Part shown: positions 9,848-18,565 of the stretch, in pieces
Numbering within the stretch: position 1 is the stretch's first letter
How the letters are laid out: every line of letters starts with the position of its first letter
From: Vicinamibacterales bacterium
GTDB lineage: Bacteria > Acidobacteriota > Vicinamibacteria > Vicinamibacterales > JAMQPK01
NCBI GenBank assembly: GCA_023717525.1
Contig: JAMQPK010000159.1
Location: 19,284 to 83,283, forward strand
DNA length: 64,000 nt
Reading direction: 5' to 3'
Made by a program: the position numbers and the translations under genes
The notes under the pieces: generated by a model
The model's input: only the letters and a program-made list of their open reading frames with translations
Told to the model about the DNA's origin: nothing
Databases searched by the model: none

Positions 9848-11325
9848 AGGCCCTCCTGCGCCAGTTCGAGCGCACGGACGAGCGCCTTGGCTTTGTCCTG
9901 CGTTTCCTGAAATTCGGCAGACGGATTGGAATCCGCGACGATGCCGGCGCCGGCCTGTACCATGGCACGCTGCCCGGCAATCACCAGGGTTCGAATCGTG
10001 ATACAGAAGTCGAGATTGCCCGCAAAATCGAGATAGCCGACCGCGCCCGCGTAGATACCTCGTCGATCGGGCTCGAGCTCGGCAATGATTTCCATTGCGC
10101 GGACCTTCGGGGCGCCGGAGACCGTTCCGGCCGGAAAACACGCGACGAGCGCATCGAGACGGTCGCTGTCGTCGGCCAGCTTTCCTTCGACGATCGACAC
10201 CAGATGCATGACGTGCGAGTACTTCTCGAGTCCCATGAATTGCGGGACGCGCACCGATCCGAACTGTGAAACACGGCCCAGATCGTTGCGCCCCAGATCG
10301 ACGAGCATGACGTGCTCCGACCGTTCCTTCTCGTTACGCTTCAGCTCCTCAGCAAGACGAGTGTCTTCCTCTTCGCTCTTCCCACGGGGACGCGTGCCCG
10401 CAATCGGATGCGTCTGCGCCATGCCGCCCTCGACGCGCACGAGCATTTCCGGGGACGACCCGACAATGGAGACCTTGCCCATGCGCAAGAAATACATGTA
10501 CGGCGATGGATTCACGTGCCGCAAGGCCCGGTAGACCGTGAAGGGGTCAGCCGTGATCTCTGCTTCGAAGCGCTGCGAGAGCACCACTTGATAGATGTCA
10601 CCGGCCGCGATGTACTCCTTCGCCGTCTTCACCATCTCGAGGAAGCGCTCGCGGGGCATGTTCGACGTCACCGCAACAGCCTTTCCGGGCTTGGGCCGCG
10701 GATGGGAGAAGTCGCGGCGGAGCTCGCGTTCGAGAAACTCGATCTTCGTGCACGCGAACTGATACAGCGCCTCGAGATCGTCATCCGGCGTAATGCGCGC
10801 GTTCGCAATAATCAGAATCCGATGCTGCACGTGATCGAATGCCAGCACGGTGTCGAAGACCATGAATCCCGCTTCGTCCTTTAAGGCATCCTCGGCCGGC
10901 TGGCCGTCGGTCTGCAGCGTGACCGGCTCGAACCACGCGGCGGTGTCATACCCAAGGTACCCAACGGCCCCGCCAGTGAAGCGCGGCAGCTCCGGCACAA
11001 ACGGCGAGCGAAAGTCGGCCATCATCCTTCGAAGGACTTCGATGAACGGCTCTCCGCTTTCACTCGCGGTACCCGCACGTTCGACGATCGTCCTCCCGTC
11101 GCGGGATCGCAGGGTCACGAACGGATCTTTTCCGAGGAACGAATACCGGCCGACGTGCTCGCCCCCTTCGACGCTCTCCAACAAGAATGCGTAGTCGGAG
11201 TTTTCCGCGATTCTGAGAAACGCCGAGACCGGCGTCAGCAGATCGGCGACCATTTCCTTCACCACCGGCACGAATGTGCTGCGCTGCGCCAGTTCCGTGA
11301 ACGTTTCAAATGATGTCAGTCTCAT
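9844..11325 (-). CDS. trpE: anthranilate synthase component I
   Basis: The chorismate-binding core contains GAVGY and the GxGIVxDS-type motif GAGIVADS. Start MRLTSFE at 11325 overlaps the upstream stop as ATGA. Confidence 0.95.
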   Translation of the reverse strand: MRLTSFETFTELAQRSTFVPVVKEMVADLLTPVSAFLRIAENSDYAFLLESVEGGEHVGRYSFLGKDPFVTLRSRDGRTIVERAGTASESGEPFIEVLRRMMADFRSPFVPELPRFTGGAVGYLGYDTAAWFEPVTLQTDGQPAEDALKDEAGFMVFDTVLAFDHVQHRILIIANARITPDDDLEALYQFACTKIEFLERELRRDFSHPRPKPGKAVAVTSNMPRERFLEMVKTAKEYIAAGDIYQVVLSQRFEAEITADPFTVYRALRHVNPSPYMYFLRMGKVSIVGSSPEMLVRVEGGMAQTHPIAGTRPRGKSEEEDTRLAEELKRNEKERSEHVMLVDLGRNDLGRVSQFGSVRVPQFMGLEKYSHVMHLVSIVEGKLADDSDRLDALVACFPAGTVSGAPKVRAMEIIAELEPDRRGIYAGAVGYLDFAGNLDFCITIRTLVIAGQRAMVQAGAGIVADSNPSAEFQETQDKAKALVRALELAQEGL

Positions 11326-12752
11326 AAGCTTGCCTGTGCCGCTTGCCGCATCAAATCCACGGGTGGCCGGCGTCCAATCCACCAGTCTGATTGCTCGACC
11401 GCCTGCGCCACGAGCATGTCGAGACCGCCGATCGTGTCGCACCCTGCGGCTTCGGCCTCGACAAGGAGGCGCGTCCGCTGAGGGTTGTAGATCAAGTCGT
11501 AGACCACACGCCCGTCGAACTCTCCGTCGAATGGCGTTTCGTCCACGTGTGGGACCATGCCGACGGGAGTTGCGTTCACCAGAAGATCCCAGCTCTTCGG
11601 AGGCACCGGATACGAGGCGCCGCGTCCATGCCCAAGGCGCGCGACTTCCTCTGCCTTCGAGCGGTCTCTTCCGTAAACAGTCACGACGCTGCCGTGCGAA
11701 CCCAGCGCCACGGCGACGCCACGGGCCGCTCCGCCGCTGCCGAGGATCGCCACACGAGCGCCCTGCAACGGCAACCGGCCGGCAATCGGCGCCAGAAACC
11801 CCGCCACGTCAGTGTTCCGCCCGTGCCACTGGCCCCCGTCGTGTCGGAGAGTATTGATTGCGCCAACGGCTCGACTCAGATCGTCTGTCGTGTCCGCTTT
11901 GCCGAACAGATCGACCTTGTAAGGGATGGTCACACTCGCACCCTTGACGCCGAGAGCGTTGGCGAAGGTGATGAAGTCCTCGGCGCTCGCCGCAGGCATC
12001 GGCATGTACACGGCGTCGACACCGGCCGCGCGAAATGCCGCGTTGTGCATGGCTGGAGAAACAGAATGCGCCAGGGGTGCACCAGTAATGCCGTAAATGC
12101 CGGTACGCGACGTCACCTCGCGAAAACGGAACTCGCCGAGCATGCGTGAGGCGCCAATCTGTCCGGGCGCATGGCCATCGCCTGCATACGACCAGCACGA
12201 TCCGAAATGCGCCGCGAGCACGCGTGTCGCGAGACCTGCTGGTCCCATTCCAATAAGCACGGTCTTGCGGCTCGGATCGCCCAGACTCAATAACCGCAAG
12301 TTGTCGGAGAGCGCCCGCGGGTATACGGCCACCTTCACGATCTCGGCCCCCGTTGCGCGCATCGCGCGCACGCGTTCGCTGAGATCCGATGGCACGTCAT
12401 CAAAATGGTGTGACGACACCACGATGCCCTTCCCGCCGGTGGAGCGAATCAGATCAAGAGCGAAGTCTGCACTGAACTCGACATCGACATAGTCGGCGCC
12501 CTGAGCGACCGCCGCCTGCAGGATCTTCAACCGTTCGCTCTCCGAGCCGCGAAAGCCGCCGCCTTCGAACGCTGCACGGCATGTGACCACGACTGGCGTG
12601 CGGCGGCCGGACAAAGCCGCGGAAACATCCGGATCGGCCGCCTGGTCGATGCGCAGTTCGATGAGATCGGCGCCGACTACGGCGTCGCGACGCAGGCGCA
12701 GCTCCGCCATCGTGGGCGCGGCGACCGTGACGACGAGCAGTGGTGCTGACAT
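11322..12752 (-). CDS. aroDE: bifunctional type I 3-dehydroquinate dehydratase / shikimate dehydrogenase
   Basis: The N-terminal half has type I DHQase motifs (SSHHF, IVKVA). The C-terminal half has AroE motifs (SVSPAMHNAAF, VTIPYK, NTD, GSGGAARG). The start at 12752 is preceded by GAGG-N8. Confidence 0.85.
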   Translation of the reverse strand: MSAPLLVVTVAAPTMAELRLRRDAVVGADLIELRIDQAADPDVSAALSGRRTPVVVTCRAAFEGGGFRGSESERLKILQAAVAQGADYVDVEFSADFALDLIRSTGGKGIVVSSHHFDDVPSDLSERVRAMRATGAEIVKVAVYPRALSDNLRLLSLGDPSRKTVLIGMGPAGLATRVLAAHFGSCWSYAGDGHAPGQIGASRMLGEFRFREVTSRTGIYGITGAPLAHSVSPAMHNAAFRAAGVDAVYMPMPAASAEDFITFANALGVKGASVTIPYKVDLFGKADTTDDLSRAVGAINTLRHDGGQWHGRNTDVAGFLAPIAGRLPLQGARVAILGSGGAARGVAVALGSHGSVVTVYGRDRSKAEEVARLGHGRGASYPVPPKSWDLLVNATPVGMVPHVDETPFDGEFDGRVVYDLIYNPQRTRLLVEAEAAGCDTIGGLDMLVAQAVEQSDWWIGRRPPVDLMRQAAQASL

Positions 12753-12790
12753 AAAAAAAGCCTCTTCAACTGGTAGGCTGAAGAGGCTTT
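12753..12790 (-). terminator. intrinsic terminator/attenuator hairpin abutting the aroDE start codon
   Basis: On the minus strand, aaagcctcttca (12790-12779) pairs with tgaagaggcttt (12768-12757) around a 10-nt loop. A run of 7 U ends directly at ATG 12752. Confidence 0.65.
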
Positions 12791-12813
12791 GTTGGCTCCC
12801 GAATGTGTCGGTT

Positions 12814-12876
12814 TCAGGCCAAGGCAGGCGCCCCTTCAGTGTGGGCGTAATCCCACCATCCAAAACCAAACGACAC
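12814..12876 (-). CDS. candidate aromatic-rich leader peptide (V/M)SFGFGWWDYAHTEGAPALA
   Basis: A short ORF lies between a sigma70-like promoter and the terminator. Tandem TGG TGG codons are at 12858-12853. The GTG at 12876 is preceded by GGGGA. An alternative in-frame ATG at 12924 has no SD. Confidence 0.45.
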   Translation of the reverse strand: MSFGFGWWDYAHTEGAPALA

Positions 12877-12941
12877 ATATCCCCTGCTGGCGGCGGGGGC
12901 GGCGTTGTGGAGGACGGCCTGCATGGCGTTCAAGATGTCGG

Positions 12942-12971
12942 ACGATAGCAGGAACCCTTTGAAATTGTCAA
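12942..12971 (-). promoter_or_regulatory. sigma70-like promoter for the leader/aromatic operon
   Basis: On the minus strand, TTGACA (12971-12966) is followed by an 18-nt spacer and TATCGT (12947-12942). Confidence 0.4.
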
Positions 12972-13018
12972 GGATTGTGCGAGTATTGACGGAAGGATTT
13001 CCCAATAGATTCAACAAC

Positions 13019-14854
13019 ATGAAGAGACTTCTTTTCGCCCTCGCCGCGAGCCTGGCGCTGCTGGTTGTGTCGCTGCCAGCGGCTCCTCCGTACTACCCAA
13101 TCGATCAGGTGAAGCCAGGGATGGTGGCCACGGGGTATACGGTCTGGGAGGGGACAAAGGTTGAGACCTTCAAGGCCAATATCCTCGGCGTCCTTCGAAA
13201 CGTGATCGGACCAAAGCGCGATCTCATTCTCGCGCGGCTCGAAGGTGGACCGCTTGCGCAAACCGGCGTCATCGCCGGCATGAGCGGCAGCCCTGTCTAT
13301 ATCGACGGTCAGCTCGTCGGAGCGGTCTCTTATTCGCTCGGCGCTTTTTCGAAGGAACCGATCGCAGGTATTACACCGATCGCCGAAATGATTGACGCGG
13401 CCACCCTCGAGTCCCCGAGGGCGCCTGTGCAGCGAGCGAGGCTGGAGACTCCGGTTACGCGCGAAAGCCTGTCGGCGGCGATGAGCGCGTCGCTGTCGTG
13501 GATGCGCCCATTCGCTGATCGCCCTGGCGACGTACAAGTGCTTGGCAGCGGCGTCAGCGGCCAGGTTGCCACAATGCTCCGGCCGATTGCAACGCCGCTG
13601 AGCCTCGGCGGCTTCGATCCTCAAGTTGCAGATCTTCTCAGCTCCGCCTTCCGCGACTACGGGTTCTCACCGGTTGCAGGCGCGGGGGCCGGCGCGGCCG
13701 ATGTTCCCGGCGATACTGGCTCGTCGGCGCTGAAGCCCGGCGAAGCGGTCGGCGTGAACATCGTCGGCGGCGACTTCAGCATGGCCGCGACCGGAACAGT
13801 GACGGAAGTCGTCGGCAATCGGGTGTATGCGTTCGGCCATCCCTTTTTCAATCTTGGGCCCGTCCAATTCCCGATGTCGAAGGCGTACGTGCATACGCTG
13901 CTTCCGAGCCTGACGTCTTCGATGAAGATTGCGACGACCGGCGACGTTGTCGGCACCGTGCAGCAGGATCGTGCAACGACTATCGCAGGGCTGCTCGGAG
14001 CAGGTCCGGCGACTATTCCTGTAAAGATTGCGCTCGAATCGGAACGCGGCTTCAAGCAGTCGTTCCAGTTTCAAGTTGTCAGCGATCAACTCTTCACACC
14101 ATTGTTCACGTATGCCTCCATCCTGAGCACGTTGACGTCGTACGAGCGCGAGACCGGCGCGGCAACGTTCAATGTCAAGGGCACGATGAACGTGAAGTCG
14201 CACGGCCAGGTCGCCATCGAGGACTTGTTCTCCGGCGACCGCGCGTCGATGAGCACGGCGGCGTCGGTGATGGCGCCATTGACGTTCCTGTTGGGCAACG
14301 ATTTCGAACCTATTGAGATCCAGGCGGTCGATCTCACGATTCAGTCGACCGAGCAGCCCCGCACCGCGACGATCGAGCGTGTCTGGCTCGACGGCGCCCG
14401 TGCGCGGGCGGGCAGGACCGTTCCGCTGAAGGTGCTCATGCGCACCTATCGCGGTGAAGAGGTCGTTCGCAACGTGCCGTTGGACATTCCGGCAAACGCC
14501 ACCGGGTCGCTTTCGGTCATGGTCTCCGACGGCTCGCGCCTGGCACAGTGGGAGCGGCGAGAGGTGCGGCAGCCGTCCGAACCACGCAGCGTGCCCCAGT
14601 TGATGCGTACCCTGAACACTCTGAGAAAAAACAACCGCCTGTATGTGCGCCTGCTCGCAAGCGACGCCGGCGCCGTTATCGGCGGTGAGCCGCTGTCGTC
14701 GCTGCCTCCTTCCGTATTGGGCGTGCTCGAAGCCGATCGCAGCACCGGGGATTTCGTTCCGCTTCGGAGCGCGACCCTGGGCGAATGGAACCTGCCGACA
14801 GAATTTGTCGTGGTGGGCTCGCGCATGCTGACGATTAACCTGGACGCCAACTAG
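13019..14854 (+). CDS. SpoIVB-type (S55) serine peptidase domain protein, secreted
   Basis: The start at 13019 gives the signal peptide MKRLLFALAASLALLVVSL. GMSGSPVY and AFGHPF motifs resemble the S55 catalytic Ser and His regions. Confidence 0.75.
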   Translation: MKRLLFALAASLALLVVSLPAAPPYYPIDQVKPGMVATGYTVWEGTKVETFKANILGVLRNVIGPKRDLILARLEGGPLAQTGVIAGMSGSPVYIDGQLVGAVSYSLGAFSKEPIAGITPIAEMIDAATLESPRAPVQRARLETPVTRESLSAAMSASLSWMRPFADRPGDVQVLGSGVSGQVATMLRPIATPLSLGGFDPQVADLLSSAFRDYGFSPVAGAGAGAADVPGDTGSSALKPGEAVGVNIVGGDFSMAATGTVTEVVGNRVYAFGHPFFNLGPVQFPMSKAYVHTLLPSLTSSMKIATTGDVVGTVQQDRATTIAGLLGAGPATIPVKIALESERGFKQSFQFQVVSDQLFTPLFTYASILSTLTSYERETGAATFNVKGTMNVKSHGQVAIEDLFSGDRASMSTAASVMAPLTFLLGNDFEPIEIQAVDLTIQSTEQPRTATIERVWLDGARARAGRTVPLKVLMRTYRGEEVVRNVPLDIPANATGSLSVMVSDGSRLAQWERREVRQPSEPRSVPQLMRTLNTLRKNNRLYVRLLASDAGAVIGGEPLSSLPPSVLGVLEADRSTGDFVPLRSATLGEWNLPTEFVVVGSRMLTINLDAN

Positions 14855-14869
14855 CCGAATCGAACTTCC

Positions 14870-17113
14870 ATGCGTGTGGCTTTTCGACATCTGCTCGTTC
14901 CTGCTCTCGTTGTCGGCGCGGCAATTTCGCTCAGCGCCTCGAAACCCGTGTTCTGGCAAACGGCGACTCTCAACGATTTCCTGAAAGGCGACGTTGAGAA
15001 TCTTTCTGTCGACGGCCACGGCCGCCTGGTACTCGGTCCCGCGACCGAACTCATCGCCGACACCAATGCGCCGTTTCTCTGGGCGGCTGCCGTGGCATCC
15101 GATGGCGTGATGTACGTCGGCAGCGGCAATGAAGGCAAGGTCCTGAAGATCGAATCCGGCAAGACGACGACGTTCTTTGATACGACGGAGCTGGAGGTTC
15201 ATGCGCTGGCGCTGGCGCCGGACGGAACGTTGTACGCGGCCACGTCGCCCGAAGGACGCATCTACAAGATCGACCGCACCGGGAAGGGCGCGCCGTTCTT
15301 CGATCCTGAAGATAAATACATCTGGAGCCTTGCGCTCGATTCGGCCGGAAACCTCTACGCCGGTACCGGCGAAAAAGGCACTGTCTATAAGATCACCCCC
15401 GATGGCCAGGGCGCGCCGTTCTATCAAACGAAGGCGACTCACGTCATCACCCTCACCTTCCAGAAGGATGGCCAGCTGCTGGCGGGCACGGAAGCGCCGG
15501 GACGGCTGTTCAGAATCGATCGCGCTGGAAAAGCGTTTCTCCTTCTCGACTCGACGTTTCAGGAGATCCATGCGATTCGAATCGATTCGCAGGATAACGT
15601 CTACGTCGCGGCATTGAGCGGCCGGCCTGGGCCGGCTCCCGGTCAGCCGGCAGGCCCGCCACCAGGCGAGACCTCGAGCTCCACCGGGACTCGCGAACCC
15701 ATTCCGACGGTCACGACAGAAGTGACGGCCATCGCCGTCGTCGACACCAGCGGAGGCGGCGCAAATTCGTCGGAGGCGCCCTCGCGCGAGGAGCGGCGTG
15801 GCGGACGAGGCGCCATCTATCGCATCAAGCCGGACGGCCTCTGGGACGTGATCTGGGAATCCGGCGACGACTCACCCTACGACCTGGTGTTCGATGCACA
15901 GGGCACGCTCATCGTCGGGACGGGCCGCGGCGGAAAACTCTTCAGCCTGACTGGCGATCCAGCGGCCGCAACACTGTTGATGCAGGCGCCCGCCCAGCAA
16001 GTGACGGGGTTTGCCCGCGACGCGAAGGGCGGCCTCTACTACGCGACTTCGAATCCTGGAAAAATCTTCAAGTTGTCGCCACAACGCGCGGTCGAAGGCA
16101 CCTACACGTCGCTCGTCCGGGATGCGCAGACGATCGCCGACTGGGGCACGCTCAGTTGGCGCGCGTCGGCTCCAGGCGGTACGAAAGTCGAGGTTTTCAC
16201 GCGCTCGGGAAACACCGCTACGCCTGACGATACCTGGAGTACGTGGGCAGGACCTTACGCCAAATCCGAGGGCGATGAGATCACCAGCCCGAACGCGCGA
16301 TACATCCAATGGAAAGCCGTGCTCAGCGGGAAGCAGGCGACACCGGTGCTGACCTCGGTTTCGGCCGCTTACCTGCAGCGGAATACGCGGCCGAAGGTGA
16401 CGAGCTTGACGGTTCATCCGGCCGGAACGGTTTTTCAAAAGCCCTATCCGACCGGCGATCCCGACATTGCGGGTTTCGATGATCAGGCACCTGATCGCAG
16501 GATTCTGAGCGCTTCGCCGAACTCAGGCGGGGCGAGTGCCGGCTCGGGGCTCGGCCGGCGCGCGTATCAGCGCGGCCTTCAGACGTTCGTGTGGCGCGCT
16601 GAAGACGACAATGATGATGAATTGCGGTACGAGATCCTCTATCGACGTGAAGGCGATACCGCCTGGAAGACGCTCAAAGCCGGGCTCACTGAGGCAATCT
16701 TCGTGTGGGACACGACTTCGGTGCCCAATGGAACCTACACCGTCAAGGTGGTCGCTTCGGATCAACCTTCCAATACACCCGGCGCCGCCCTCGACGGCGA
16801 ACTCGAGAGCTCGGCGTTCGATATCGACAACGCTCCGCCGGCCATCACCGTCACGGGATCTCGCGCCGCCGCCGGCCGCACGACGATTTCCTTCGACGTC
16901 CGGGACGAGTTTTCGTCTATTCAGAAGGTGGAGTACTCGCTCGATGCGCAGCGCTGGCTTGTCGTGTATCCGAAGGACGGGATCTTCGACTCGCGGCTCG
17001 AACAGTTCGATCTGACACTCGACACGACCGTTGCTGCTCGAGGTTTGATCATCCGCGCCTACGACGCCAAGAACAACTCGGCGACAGCTGCGGCTCCGCC
17101 AGTGACGCGGTGA
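14870..17113 (+). CDS. secreted beta-propeller repeat protein with C-terminal Ig/FN3-like region
   Basis: 747 aa with a signal peptide. Repeated blades of the type DGxLYAxTxxxGxIYKIDxxGK occur throughout. Confidence 0.7.
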   Translation: MRVAFRHLLVPALVVGAAISLSASKPVFWQTATLNDFLKGDVENLSVDGHGRLVLGPATELIADTNAPFLWAAAVASDGVMYVGSGNEGKVLKIESGKTTTFFDTTELEVHALALAPDGTLYAATSPEGRIYKIDRTGKGAPFFDPEDKYIWSLALDSAGNLYAGTGEKGTVYKITPDGQGAPFYQTKATHVITLTFQKDGQLLAGTEAPGRLFRIDRAGKAFLLLDSTFQEIHAIRIDSQDNVYVAALSGRPGPAPGQPAGPPPGETSSSTGTREPIPTVTTEVTAIAVVDTSGGGANSSEAPSREERRGGRGAIYRIKPDGLWDVIWESGDDSPYDLVFDAQGTLIVGTGRGGKLFSLTGDPAAATLLMQAPAQQVTGFARDAKGGLYYATSNPGKIFKLSPQRAVEGTYTSLVRDAQTIADWGTLSWRASAPGGTKVEVFTRSGNTATPDDTWSTWAGPYAKSEGDEITSPNARYIQWKAVLSGKQATPVLTSVSAAYLQRNTRPKVTSLTVHPAGTVFQKPYPTGDPDIAGFDDQAPDRRILSASPNSGGASAGSGLGRRAYQRGLQTFVWRAEDDNDDELRYEILYRREGDTAWKTLKAGLTEAIFVWDTTSVPNGTYTVKVVASDQPSNTPGAALDGELESSAFDIDNAPPAITVTGSRAAAGRTTISFDVRDEFSSIQKVEYSLDAQRWLVVYPKDGIFDSRLEQFDLTLDTTVAARGLIIRAYDAKNNSATAAAPPVTR

Positions 17114-17136
17114 TTGGTTCCGCTCTCTTTGTGGAG

Positions 17137-17173
17137 CCCTGTCAGGGGTGAGGGAAGAGGGGCGAGGGAAGAT
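17137..17173. repeat. left inverted repeat, heptamer array AGGGGTG AGGGAAG AGGGGCG AGGGAAG
   Basis: ccctgtcaggggtgagggaagaggggcgagggaagat. It has four G-runs with 3-4 nt loops. Confidence 0.8.
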
Positions 17174-17313
17174 CTGACTGCTCAAGCGCGCAAAAAGCGC
17201 CTGCTACAAACAAGTCCTGCGGTGAACATTCTGCCTACACGATTGCGAGTCCCCTAGATTCCTCAAACAACACCCCGACCACTGTCAGGCATAGCTCTTG
17301 ATCTAGCCGCGTC

Positions 17314-17691
17314 ATGACACAGTCACTGTTCTGTGAGCGCGCGTTCGAGTTCGCAGCTCGCATTCTGAAACTCTGCGACCGATTGTCTTCGAGAGGTCCA
17401 GCTGCCCGCTATCTCGCGTCGCAGCTAATGCGCAGCGCCTTATCGATCGGCGCAAATGCCGAAGAGGCTCAGGAAGCCCAGACTAAGCCAGACTTCATCG
17501 CCAAGATGAGCATCTCGAGCAAGGAAACTCGCGAGGCTCGCTGGTGGCTACGGCTACTGGTGAAGGCAGAGATTGTGAAGCCGCACGAAGTGAGGTGGGA
17601 ACAGGATGAAGTGCTGCAAATGTGCAAGATGGTCAGAAGTGCTATCTTGACGGCGCGATCGTCATCGACACGCGGAGAAACTCGAGGCTAG
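17314..17691 (+). CDS. four-helix-bundle protein (23S rRNA intervening-sequence protein / Avd-like family)
   Basis: 125 aa. FEFAARILKLC...QLMRSALSIGANAEEAQ...SKETREARWWLRLL matches the hallmark pattern of this family. Confidence 0.85.
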   Translation: MTQSLFCERAFEFAARILKLCDRLSSRGPAARYLASQLMRSALSIGANAEEAQEAQTKPDFIAKMSISSKETREARWWLRLLVKAEIVKPHEVRWEQDEVLQMCKMVRSAILTARSSSTRGETRG

Positions 17692-17705
17692 CCGTGTTCG
17701 GCCCT

Positions 17706-17742
17706 ATCTTCCCTCTCCCCTCTTCCCTCTCCCCTGACAGGG
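17706..17742. repeat. right inverted repeat of the cassette
   Basis: atcttccctctcccctcttccctctcccctgacaggg is the reverse complement of the left repeat with 2 mismatches. Confidence 0.8.
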
Positions 17743-17767
17743 ACAGAGTTCTTACTTCCTTACTACT

Positions 17768-18565
17768 TTAGAGCCTAAATCCGTCGATGTGCACGCGCAC
17801 CGTCGCGACAACTGGCGGCCGCACGGTGCGGTGAGTGACGAGCCAGACGACGTTCAGGGGCACCGGCGACCCGGCGACGCGGGCAGGTTCGAAGCGCGCG
17901 GTCGCGGCGGCATTCAGGAGTGCGGACAGCTGGTCATGCGTAGCCGGCGCCAGCCGCCGGCCGTAGGTCTGGCCGCTCAACAGTTCGAGATCGGCAAGGT
18001 GTCCATCCTGCGTGACGAGCGCCGAGAACGCTGACACGCCATCGCCCGAGTCCTGGTTCATGACGGCTGCCGGCATCACCGCCTCGGCATCGGCGCGCGG
18101 CAACTCGACCGAATCCTCCGGCAGGTAGATGTCGTACGAGCGAACCGACTGATTCATCACTGCCTTCAACGAGCCTGGATGACCTTGCGGTCCCTGCGCC
18201 ATGACCAGCGCCCAGATCGCCATGCACACCGACGCGACCACCGAAACACCGAAGCTGGCCGATGCGCGTTGCGGATCATCAAACAACCGCCGGAAGCGGC
18301 TGGCTACCGATGCGTTGTCTTCGGCATCGAACCGCTGCAGGATGTCCGACTCCAGACGCGACAGGCCGGGCATCCACGCGGCGTCTTCAAGGCGCCCGCT
18401 CGACCGCAGCTCGCTGCTGATGGCAACCAGATCGTCCGCTTCCACGGCGCATCCGGCGCAGTTCTCGAGATGGTCGGCGATGCCGATGCGAACGGTCACC
18501 GGCAGCTCTTCGTCGTGATACGCCGACAGTTCGCTTCGAACGTACTCACAGGTCATATTCAGCAT
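17768..18565 (-). CDS. anti-sigma factor (zf-HC2) with TonB-C-like C-terminal domain
   Basis: The N-terminus has the zf-HC2 pattern C..V...LSAY.D.EL.......H...C..C, followed by a central TM segment. It overlaps the upstream ECF sigma gene by 7 nt. Confidence 0.8.
   Translation of the reverse strand: MLNMTCEYVRSELSAYHDEELPVTVRIGIADHLENCAGCAVEADDLVAISSELRSSGRLEDAAWMPGLSRLESDILQRFDAEDNASVASRFRRLFDDPQRASASFGVSVVASVCMAIWALVMAQGPQGHPGSLKAVMNQSVRSYDIYLPEDSVELPRADAEAVMPAAVMNQDSGDGVSAFSALVTQDGHLADLELLSGQTYGRRLAPATHDQLSALLNAAATARFEPARVAGSPVPLNVVWLVTHRTVRPPVVATVRVHIDGFRL

Larger units (their letters stand above)
17137..17742. mobile_element. inverted-repeat-bounded cassette carrying a four-helix-bundle gene (MITE-like, non-autonomous)
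   Basis: The 37-nt terminal inverted repeats 17137-17173 and 17706-17742 match at 35 of 37 positions. The interior is visibly lower in GC than the flanks. The cassette is inserted between convergent genes. Confidence 0.5.

Noticed and set aside
12790-12870. caggccaaggcag and ggtgggattacgcc strings reminiscent of the SRP RNA domain IV 3' strand or a T-box
   Set aside because: There is no GNRA-tetraloop helix 8 context, no specifier or T-box 14-mer, and the strand and spacing do not fit. The region is better explained as the leader peptide and attenuator structures.
13667-15571. A 634-aa ORF on the minus strand spanning two plus-strand genes
   Set aside because: It is antisense to the well-supported S55 peptidase and beta-propeller genes. 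The translation is Arg/Ala/Gly-rich and low in complexity, as is typical of open antisense frames in high-GC DNA.
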